The notes beneath the pieces are model-generated. The model searched no databases, was not told the DNA's origin, and saw only the letters and a list, made by a program, of their open reading frames with translations. A stretch of DNA of 64,000 bases from Luteimonas sp. (GTDB lineage: Bacteria > Pseudomonadota > Gammaproteobacteria > Xanthomonadales > Xanthomonadaceae). Below, one piece after another: positions 55,604-64,000 of the stretch. Position 1 is the first letter of the stretch. The number at the start of each line of letters is the position of its first letter. The stretch spans positions 265,071 to 329,070 of the forward strand of contig DATLJE010000009.1 in NCBI GenBank assembly GCA_035539095.1, in the 5' to 3' direction. A program made the position numbers and the translations under genes.

Positions 55604-56158
55604 TTAGCCCGCGCTGCGTCGCTGCGCCTTCATCCGCTCGGCCAGTGCGCGCGCGTCATCTTCAAGGACCAATTCCTGTGCTCGCGCTTCAACGCGGGCC
55701 TTGTGCTGGCGCTCGGCGTCCAGCTTCTCCAGCTCGGTTGGTACGTGATCGGCTCGCCACTGCGCAGCAGCCGCGACCATCTTCCGCACGCCCGGGAGCT
55801 GTACCGCCTCCTTGAAATAGAGCGCCTTCTCCCGCGTAGTGCGCGCATCGCCCTGATACCGGTAAACCGGTTCGCCCGTTTGCGCGTCATAGCGGATCAC
55901 CTCCGCCAGCTCTGCGCGCATCCGCGCCACTTCCCGCTCAAGGTCCGCGACCTGCGCCGGGTCCGCGGCGGCTGCGCTGAAGTACGGCTCAGCGCCCGGA
56001 GGCCCCAGCGTGGAACTCTTCTGGATCGCCAGCCGGCCGCCCATGAGGTAACGCTTGTCCAGCGATTCCGGGGCATTCCCGCTCCAGCGGTTGGCCTCCA
56101 GCAAGCCATCATCGAGCGCCGCCTGACTCGCGGGGCTCAGCTTTACATCTTCGTTCAT
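55604..56158 (-). CDS. hypothetical protein (island)
   Basis: ATG at 56158 (the ORF track starts at a TTG at 56182). Coiled-coil-like C-terminus. Confidence 0.55.
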   Translation of the reverse strand: MNEDVKLSPASQAALDDGLLEANRWSGNAPESLDKRYLMGGRLAIQKSSTLGPPGAEPYFSAAAADPAQVADLEREVARMRAELAEVIRYDAQTGEPVYRYQGDARTTREKALYFKEAVQLPGVRKMVAAAAQWRADHVPTELEKLDAERQHKARVEARAQELVLEDDARALAERMKAQRRSAG

Positions 56159-56244
56159 TCGTCTTTTCCGTATCGCAGGCAAAGAGAACCCATCACCGCG
56201 CGGCCTGCGCGCGCAGCGTGGGGTGGTGTTGATTGGTGGTGTCT

Positions 56245-56874
56245 CTACTCGGCCGGCGCGAACGGCACGGCCAAGCCTTCGCGGATCGTGGCCGCGGTTC
56301 TTTCTGGGCCTAGCACCTCGTCGCGGATCGCCTTCGCTGCCACCAAGGGCAACGCTCCAAGGGACTGGCGAACATGCTCTCCCAGCGCCCGCGCATGGCT
56401 GGCAGTGGTGCGGGTCTGTTCCTTCCTGCCCGAAGGCGCAACGCTCTTCACGGGTCGGGGTGCGCAGCGCAGCAGCGCCCGCCCCATATTCGTGTCGAAA
56501 ACGCGGTCGTCATTCAACGCGCGCGGAGAAAGGTCTTCTTGCAGCCAAAGCGCAATCGCCGCGGCCAGCATCGCCCGCGGGTCCGTCCCATTCCTGAGCC
56601 GGGCCATTTCCCCCGCGAGGAAGCGCGCCCCTTCCTGCTCAGACACAAGTTCCCGCAGCCAATCCACGGCGGCCACCACGGACGGGTGCCCCGCGTTCCT
56701 GTCGACCCACTCCCGGGCAATCTCCCGGTACGGCTTCAGCTCTTGCTTGCGGATGATTCTCCCGGTGGCCCCGCCGGTGGTCCGGGCGCGCTCGAAGTGG
56801 TGCTCGCAATACCGGCTCCAGCGCCGCGCCCTGCGATTGCAGCCGTCGACGCAGCAGCGTTCGTATTCGGTCAA
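56245..56874 (-). CDS. hypothetical protein with N-terminal Cys/His cluster (CCVDGC...YCEHH)
   Basis: TTG start preceded by AGAGGA. 209 aa. Confidence 0.55.
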   Translation of the reverse strand: MTEYERCCVDGCNRRARRWSRYCEHHFERARTTGGATGRIIRKQELKPYREIAREWVDRNAGHPSVVAAVDWLRELVSEQEGARFLAGEMARLRNGTDPRAMLAAAIALWLQEDLSPRALNDDRVFDTNMGRALLRCAPRPVKSVAPSGRKEQTRTTASHARALGEHVRQSLGALPLVAAKAIRDEVLGPERTAATIREGLAVPFAPAE

Positions 56875-57430
56875 GTGTGTTTCCTCTGGTCATGGTGAAG
56901 GGGCCCCCGCAGTCCACTGCGGTTGCCTCTGTCGGGGTCAAAAAAGGGAGCCCGTCGAACGCACGGGCAGCGCCCGGGAACGGGTGGTGTTCTTCTATTA
57001 GGGACGCAATCGCTTAGCCCGCTCTACGGGCCGGTTACGGCTGCCGCTTTGTTAGTACGCAACCTGACATTCGCAGGGTCCCCTCGGGTGGTCCTGAGGT
57101 GCCCTTGAGGTGCCCATGTAGTGGCCCCTTGGTGTATGGGCTCCGCCCCTTGTGCTAGTAGTCATAGTGACATTTGGTTGCCCCGCGGGGACCTGCCGCC
57201 TGAGCCCTACCCAGCGGCCCTACAGGGGCCACCTGAGCGCCCCGCCGCCGCCTCCGTCCCCGGCCCGGGGCGGCCCGAATCAGCCAGTGCCGGCGGTCTC
57301 CCGGGCTGTCTGCCGGGGCGGTCGGTCGGCTGGTCTCTATCGAGTAGTCGCCCAATCGGTTAACCCGCTCTAGGGGCCGTGGAACATTTTCGTGGAACAG
57401 CGCCATACTGGGGGCCGAACGGCCGCCCGC

Positions 57431-58108
57431 CTAAGCCTGCGCCTCCCGGGCCAGCAGCCCCCGCACGCTCGACTTGTGCCACCCCTTCCCCTGTAGCGTC
57501 CGCACGCCCCGGGCGTTCAATGCCTGCGCCAACGCGCCCAGGCTCTCCACGCCCTGCGCCCGAAGCTCCGCGACGATCGGCAGGACCTTGGCAGCGTGGG
57601 CCCCGGCCTTGGCACTGGCCGCGGCTGTAGCGGCCCCTGTGCCCTTCCCAGCCCTGCGGATCGCCTCGGCCCCGTTGGGGTTCCCCAGCTTCACCCCGCG
57701 CCGCTTAGCGGCTGCCAGCGCCTCCCGGGTGCGCCGGCTGATAGCCTCGCGTTCCCGCTGCGCCATGATCGCCATGATCCCTACCGTGGTTTCGTCCGCG
57801 TTGGGCATGTCGGCCGCGACGAACTTCACCCCGCCGTTTTGCAGCCTCAGCAGGAACTCCGCGTTGCGGCTGAGCCGGTCCAGCTTGGCAATGACCAACG
57901 TCGCCCCGGTGACGTCCGCGAGCTGTAGCGCCTTCGCCAGCTCCGGGCGGTCGTTGTCCTTCCCGCTCTCCACCTCGGTAAACGCGGCCGTGATCGTCCC
58001 CCGCACGCTCTGGGCGTACTGGTCGACCGCGTGCCGCTGCGCTTCCAACCCCAGCCCGGAGCGGCCCTGGCGGTCCGTGGAAACGCGGTAGTAGGCGACT
58101 AGCTTCAT
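57431..58108 (-). CDS. serine recombinase (resolvase/invertase family)
   Basis: MKLVAYYRVSTDRQ catalytic-Ser motif, LVIAKLDRLSRN, C-terminal HTH-like region. Confidence 0.9.
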   Translation of the reverse strand: MKLVAYYRVSTDRQGRSGLGLEAQRHAVDQYAQSVRGTITAAFTEVESGKDNDRPELAKALQLADVTGATLVIAKLDRLSRNAEFLLRLQNGGVKFVAADMPNADETTVGIMAIMAQREREAISRRTREALAAAKRRGVKLGNPNGAEAIRRAGKGTGAATAAASAKAGAHAAKVLPIVAELRAQGVESLGALAQALNARGVRTLQGKGWHKSSVRGLLAREAQA

Positions 58109-58566
58109 GGGGTGGCACTCCATCTAACGGGCGTTAGACGGATTTGTACGCCCCGGGTGCGCGCCCTGTCAAGCGGGCGGCTGCTCTGGGCCTAGGGCGT
58201 CCAGTGGGCCGGGGCGGCTGCTCTGGCCTAGTACCAGCACAACCGGCGAAGGGGTCACCGAATCCACTACGTCCTAAGGCGCGGCGCGGGCTGCCCGGGT
58301 GGCGTGTGCCGAAGCGTGCCCGGGGTGGTGTCTCTGGCTCTCTAGAGCGGAACCGGAGGGTGCCCCCGCGGTGGCATCGCCGGGTTGTCCCCGGTCCTCG
58401 CGCGGTCCTCCCTAGGTGCGCCGCGGTGGCCTGCGCGGGCCATTCGGCGGCCACCCCCTACGGGGGAAACGGGCCACGGCCGCCCGATCGAGGGGCGCTC
58501 GATGGTTTGAGCAATTTTCGGCACCTTGCGGCAGGCGCTACAGTCGCAAGCGCGAAGGGGGCACCA

Positions 58567-59109
58567 ATGCGAATCCGCCAAAAGCCGGAAGGCGTCGAAG
58601 ACTACCAACGGGGCATGAAACAGGCGCTCCGCCTACTGAAAGAGATTCCTTCGGACGCCTTCAAGTGGACCGGGGCGGTGGCCGCTATCGCGGCAATCCA
58701 TGTCGCCGACGAGCGCACCCATTCGGCATGGCTCCAATGGATGGGTTACGCCTTGTCCATCCTGTTGGTCGCTTGGATGCAATATTCCTTCTATCGTCTC
58801 GGCTTGACCAAGCACCCGGAACGGCGCGAGCGGGACGGGGCAGTAGTGATCGACTTTCGCTTGTGGAAGTTGGCCCTCGGCGCCGTCCTTTGCGTGTTGT
58901 CGTACTGGTTTGCCTTCTATCTACCGAAGGTGATTGCGGGGAGTGACTTGCTGCAAACAGTCGCCACTACACCGGCAACCGTAGCTGCCCCAGCGCCCCG
59001 GCCAGTGCCGCGAGGTCCGTCGTCTTCCCATACCGCCCAACCGGCATCGAATCCAACTCGTGCCCCAGCAGGTCCGCAATCTGGTACTCCGGCACCCCCG
59101 CATCCTTAA
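58567..59109 (+). CDS. small membrane protein (three predicted TM helices) with Pro-rich tail, island cargo
   Basis: AAGGGGG Shine-Dalgarno sequence and ATG at 58567. A/T-richer codons than the surroundings. There is no stop before 59109, so it overlaps the integrase 3' end by 143 nt. Confidence 0.5.
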   Translation: MRIRQKPEGVEDYQRGMKQALRLLKEIPSDAFKWTGAVAAIAAIHVADERTHSAWLQWMGYALSILLVAWMQYSFYRLGLTKHPERRERDGAVVIDFRLWKLALGAVLCVLSYWFAFYLPKVIAGSDLLQTVATTPATVAAPAPRPVPRGPSSSHTAQPASNPTRAPAGPQSGTPAPPHP

Positions 59110-60517
59110 GCCTGGCCGATACCGTGTGCCGGAAGCTATGCGCCGCCGTCTTCTTCGGATCGGTGACGCCTGCATCCCGCAGTCGCCGCGCTAGCAGCTT
59201 CGATAGCTTGTCCACTGCGCCGCGCTTCGGGTTGTCGGTGGTGCGCCACTGCGCATCGAACAGGTGGCCCGCAGGTGCGCCCTCAGTCCACTTCAACAGC
59301 CCCAGCTCGACCAACCGCGGATGCACGGGCACAAGCCGGCGGCTCCCCGGGGTCTTGAGCTGCTTCCCTTCGGTGTCGTCGTTCACGTCGATGACCCAAG
59401 CCTCTCCCTCGCGGCGAATGTCCGCCGTCGTGAGCTGCGCCGCTTCGCCAAGCCGCAGCCCTGAGTACGCCATGATCCGGGGAAGCCAACGCAATTCTGG
59501 CCGCTTCGGCTCTTGGTCGAGCTTGGCAAAGTAGGTGCGCAAGTCGTCGTCGGTGAAGGGCCGCCGGTCATCGCGTGCGCGTCGTTCCTTCACGTCTCGC
59601 AACACTTCGGCGGGATTCTTCGGAATCGTGTCATGCTCGGTCGCCCACGCGAACAGCGAGCGCGTTAGCTGTTGGTACTTGTTGACGCTGCGCGGTTCCA
59701 GCCGGGGAACGCTCGGGTCCCCTTCGGTGGCCTTCAGGACCTCCCGCGGTGTCTTCCCCGGGAACTTCTTCCCCATGTTCGCCGGTAGCTGCGTGATCGC
59801 GTGGCCTAGCTGGCGCATGTCTTCCTTCGTGACGTCGCCAATCTGCGGATCGCCCAGCAGCTCCGCGACGGTTTGCAGAATGGTCCGGTGGAGGTGTTCT
59901 GTCTTCGGTGACCATTTCCGCAGCGAAACGCGCTCGTCTCCGTAGAGCCGCGCCACCTCCGAAACCCGCGGGGTTTCCTTCGGTGCCTCCGCAGTGGCCC
60001 CGCGGTGTTCCGTGGGCCTGCGCAGCGGATTGCCGGCAAGCGCCTTTAGCTCTGCCGTCACGGCTTCAAGCTTCGCCTCAATCAAGCGGCGGGCCAGCTT
60101 GCGGCGGGTGGTGTCTTCGCCTTCGAGTAGCAGCGTGCGCGCCAGCTCCGCGAACTCGCCTAGCTCGGCATTAGCGAGTAGGCCGCTCAGCCGGTGCGCT
60201 TCGTCGTTCAAGTCGAAGCGGTGCGCGTCCAGCCCGGGGCCTTCCCACTCAAGGGCTAGCCGGTCTTCGATCTCGTCGAAGCTCGCCGCAAGGTAGCGGC
60301 GGGTGATCTGGTCTAGCTGGTCGGCGGTCATTGGCCGGCGTCGCACCCCTGCGAACAATGTCCCGAGGTGAGTCTCCCACAACGCCAAGCGGCGGGCCGC
60401 CTCGCGGGGGTCCGCGGTGGATAGGGAGCGGGTGATTTCGGATCGGCCCAAGGTGTCCCGAAGGTCGGCCGGGACTGCGATCCGCGAAGCGTAGGAACTG
60501 CCGCGTCTCTGTAGCAT
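58967..60517 (-). CDS. tyrosine recombinase / phage-type integrase
   Basis: C-terminal catalytic region HSFRHTVSARL...LLGHE...GRYGK. Adjacent to the tRNA. ATG at 60517 is preferred over the TTG at 60586. Confidence 0.9.
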   Translation of the reverse strand: MLQRRGSSYASRIAVPADLRDTLGRSEITRSLSTADPREAARRLALWETHLGTLFAGVRRRPMTADQLDQITRRYLAASFDEIEDRLALEWEGPGLDAHRFDLNDEAHRLSGLLANAELGEFAELARTLLLEGEDTTRRKLARRLIEAKLEAVTAELKALAGNPLRRPTEHRGATAEAPKETPRVSEVARLYGDERVSLRKWSPKTEHLHRTILQTVAELLGDPQIGDVTKEDMRQLGHAITQLPANMGKKFPGKTPREVLKATEGDPSVPRLEPRSVNKYQQLTRSLFAWATEHDTIPKNPAEVLRDVKERRARDDRRPFTDDDLRTYFAKLDQEPKRPELRWLPRIMAYSGLRLGEAAQLTTADIRREGEAWVIDVNDDTEGKQLKTPGSRRLVPVHPRLVELGLLKWTEGAPAGHLFDAQWRTTDNPKRGAVDKLSKLLARRLRDAGVTDPKKTAAHSFRHTVSARLKDAGVPEYQIADLLGHELDSMPVGRYGKTTDLAALAGALGQLRLPV

Positions 60518-60540
60518 GGTCTGTAGCACTCCCTGTAGCG
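60509..60540 (+). repeat. three CTGTAGC(A/G) units phased at 12 bp (candidate arm-type sites, integrase-proximal)
   Basis: Units begin at 60509, 60521 and 60533. They overlap the integrase start region. Confidence 0.65.
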
Positions 60541-60603
60541 CGGGGGCTAGGACCACTGAAGCGACGTGTTCGCCCTGCGTGTTCAAGGGCTTGCAGAATG
60601 GTA

Positions 60604-60677
60604 TGGCTATGGGTGGACTCGAACCACCGACCCCAGCATTATGAGTGCTGTGCTCTAACCGGCTGAGCTACATAGCC
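60604..60677 (-). tRNA. tRNA-Met (CAT), elongator type
   Basis: The minus strand reads GGCTATGTAGCTCAGCCGGTTAGAGCACAGCACTCATAATGCTGGGGTCGGTGGTTCGAGTCCACCCATAGCCA. Cloverleaf fold, G1-C72 pair, close to E. coli elongator tRNA-Met. Confidence 0.9.
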
Positions 60678-60811
60678 AAGGGGCGCTTCCCGCGCAGGGA
60701 AGCCGCGAATTATTCCCGGATCGGGCCCCCGCCGTCAATTCACGCCCCGGTCGCTTGTCGGCCCGGCGCCGCCGTGGCAGAGTCGATGGCAGTGAATTCG
60801 GAGTCCGCATC

Positions 60812-61378
60812 GTGATCGATCCGGACGGTTACCGGCCCAACGTCGGCATCGTGCTGATGCACCCCGACGGTCGCGTCTTCTGGGCGCGGCGCGTGCGCCG
60901 CGATGGCTGGCAGTTCCCGCAGGGCGGGATGAACACCGACGAGACGCCGCTCGAGGCGATGTATCGCGAGCTGCGGGAGGAAACCGGGCTGCTGCCCGGC
61001 CACGTCGACGTGCTGGGGGTCACTCCCGGGTGGCTGCGCTACCGGCTGCCGCAGCGGGCGATCCGCCGCCACGACAGGCTGGTGTGCATCGGCCAGAAGC
61101 AGGTCTGGTTCCTGCTGCGGTTCGCCGGGCAGGAGAGCGACCTGCGCCTGGACCTGACCGACAAGCCGGAGTTCGACCACTGGCGCTGGGTCGACTTCTG
61201 GTACCCGCTGGAGCACGTGGTCACGTTCAAGCGCGGGGTCTACGCCAGCGCCCTGCGCCATCTCGCCCCGTTCGCGCGCCAGATCGCCGGCCTGCAGGCG
61301 ATCCCGGACGCCTGCCAGGAGGCTCGCCAGCGGATCCCGGTCCGGTCGCGCCCGGGGCAGCGCAGCCAGCGGGGCTGA
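60812..61378 (+). CDS. rppH: RNA pyrophosphohydrolase (Nudix)
   Basis: GTG at 60812 ([15 protein letters not shown]). Nudix box [23 protein letters not shown]. Confidence 0.9.
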   Translation: MIDPDGYRPNVGIVLMHPDGRVFWARRVRRDGWQFPQGGMNTDETPLEAMYRELREETGLLPGHVDVLGVTPGWLRYRLPQRAIRRHDRLVCIGQKQVWFLLRFAGQESDLRLDLTDKPEFDHWRWVDFWYPLEHVVTFKRGVYASALRHLAPFARQIAGLQAIPDACQEARQRIPVRSRPGQRSQRG

Positions 61379-61418
61379 GCGCCGGACGGCTCGCCGGCCG
61401 GGGCGCGCGCCGCTGTTC

Positions 61419-61439
61419 ATGATTGACAATCATTCTCAT
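61419..61439. promoter_or_regulatory. Fur box candidate upstream of bfd
   Basis: atgattgacaatcattctcat resembles the GATAATGATAATCATTATC consensus. Confidence 0.6.
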
Positions 61440-61484
61440 TCGCGCGGACAATGGCGCCGTTCCCGCAGCCGTGGCCCGAAGTCC

Positions 61485-61709
61485 ATGTACGTGTGTGTCT
61501 GCAATGGCGTGACCGATCGTGACATCCGCCAGGGGGCCCAGGCCGGCTGCGGCAGCATGGCCGAGTTGACCATGCGCACCGGCTGCGGCGCGTGCTGCGG
61601 CAGTTGCGTCGAGATGGCCACCCGGCTGCTCGAGGAGGCGCGCGCGCAGTCCCAACCCGCCTGCGGCGACAACGTGGTCGCCTTCCCGCGCATCCCTCAC
61701 GCGGCCTGA
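61485..61709 (+). CDS. bfd: bacterioferritin-associated ferredoxin
   Basis: MYVCVCNGVTDRDI...GCGACCGSC [2Fe-2S] Cys pattern. Confidence 0.9.
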   Translation: MYVCVCNGVTDRDIRQGAQAGCGSMAELTMRTGCGACCGSCVEMATRLLEEARAQSQPACGDNVVAFPRIPHAA

Positions 61710-61809
61710 ACACGCCGGCCGCGCGCCGGTAATGCACACGATTCGCGTTTCGCCACCGCTTTCGCGGCGGCGCTAGAGTGGCGTGGCCATGGAACCACGG
61801 AGACGCGCC

Positions 61810-62289
61810 ATGCAGGGCGACGCACAGGTCATCAAGTTCCTCAACGAGGCGCTCTACAACGAGCTGACCGCGATCAACCAGTACTTCCTGCATTCGAAGA
61901 TGCTGAAGAACTGGGGCCTGCACGAGCTGGCCAAGCACGAGTACGAGGAATCGATCGACGAGATGAAGCATGCCGACATGCTCGCCGAGCGGATCCTGTT
62001 CCTCGACGGGCTGCCGAACTTCCAGGCGCTGGGCAAGCTCAAGATCGGCGAGAACCCGCGCGAGGTGCTCGAATGCGACCTCGCGCTGGAGCTGGAGGCC
62101 TGCCCGCCGCTGCGTGCCGCGATCGCCCATTGCGAGCAGGTCGCCGACTACGTGAGCCGCAGGCTGTTCACCGACATCCTCAAGTCCGAGGAAGAGCACA
62201 TCGACTGGCTGGAGACCCAGCTGGCGCTGATCGAGCGGATCGGCGAGCAGAACTACCTGCAGGCCAAGATCGAGGGCGACGACGACTGA
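61810..62289 (+). CDS. bfr: bacterioferritin
   Basis: ATG at 61810 ([28 protein letters not shown]). Haem-Met and di-iron ligand pattern. Confidence 0.95.
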   Translation: MQGDAQVIKFLNEALYNELTAINQYFLHSKMLKNWGLHELAKHEYEESIDEMKHADMLAERILFLDGLPNFQALGKLKIGENPREVLECDLALELEACPPLRAAIAHCEQVADYVSRRLFTDILKSEEEHIDWLETQLALIERIGEQNYLQAKIEGDDD

Positions 62290-62311
62290 CGCCCGCGGAC
62301 ACGAAGCCGGA

Positions 62312-62340
62312 AGGGCGCGGAGCGATCCGCGCCCTTTTTT

Positions 62341-62341
<1 letters not shown>
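62312..62341. terminator. rho-independent terminator (bfr), shared with the convergent kinase gene
   Basis: agggcgcgga-gcga-tccgcgccct followed by TTTTTTT. Confidence 0.8.

Positions 62342-64000
<1,659 letters not shown>

Larger units (their letters stand above)
52463..60621. mobile_element. ~8.2 kb integrative island in tRNA-Met (integrase-bearing; no structural phage or conjugation genes seen)
   Basis: Direct repeats at both ends and an integrase next to the tRNA. Codon usage and GC differ visibly. Tightly overlapping minus-strand gene train. Confidence 0.8.

Noticed and set aside
58500-58530. A sigma-54-like GGCAC...GCA motif upstream of the membrane-protein gene (cggcaccttgcggcagg).
   Set aside because: The GG-to-GC spacing is one base short of the TGGCAC-N5-TTGC geometry, and the -12 region lacks the TTGC context.
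58144-58566. The upstream extension of ORF 58144..59109 (321 aa).
   Set aside because: The N-terminal 140 residues are Arg/Gly/Pro-rich and cover the repeat-containing recombinase upstream region. The hydrophobic, A/T-richer part starts at the SD-preceded ATG at 58567.
52463-60621. An intact prophage.
   Set aside because: At 8.2 kb, with no capsid, portal, terminase, tail or lysis genes recognisable, it is better described as a small integrative island or satellite-like element.

Overview
This window is a very GC-rich chromosomal segment. Gene content and order look Xanthomonadales/Lysobacteraceae-like, but that is inferred by eye and no searches were run.

The core backbone, in order, is:
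- Pyruvate dehydrogenase E2, an MscS-family channel, and a lipoyl-bearing E3.
- The complete atpIBEFHAGDC operon, a GtrA-like gene, and glmU.
- A seven-gene minus-strand cluster: HlyD adaptor, a 74-aa protein, an ABC ATPase, two FtsX permeases, a sigma-54 activator and a histidine kinase. A textbook sigma-54 promoter sits in front of it.
- glmS, followed by a less GC-rich islet (SDR, TetR, hipBA).
- HxlR with a divergent secreted protein, a Pat-type acetyltransferase, and dinB.
- A cobalamin riboswitch with btuB, a TfoX-C protein, GAF/MsrC, a TMEM175-like channel coupled to bioD, and an RND pump (MFP plus transporter).
- yeiH with a LysR regulator, a phasin, queD, and an alpha/beta hydrolase with a DUF3182-like protein.
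- After the island: rppH, bfd-bfr with a Fur box, and a hybrid histidine kinase cut by the window edge.

The accessory highlights are:
1. A translationally coupled pair at 49.6-52.3 kb: a caspase-like protease and a lipase-like alpha/beta hydrolase of unknown function.
2. Immediately next to it, an ~8.2 kb island integrated in tRNA-Met (52463-60621). It is bounded by a 17/18 direct repeat of the tRNA 3' end. It carries a tyrosine integrase, a serine recombinase, an HNH protein, two tiny overlapping ORFs, a ParB-nuclease-like protein and several unknowns. It also has phased CTGTAGC repeat arrays at both ends.

At least four families of REP-like palindromic elements fill the intergenic spaces. 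One 105-bp copy lies in frame inside lpdA.

The many long ORFs antisense to real genes are high-GC shadow ORFs. All functional calls rest on motif recognition by eye.
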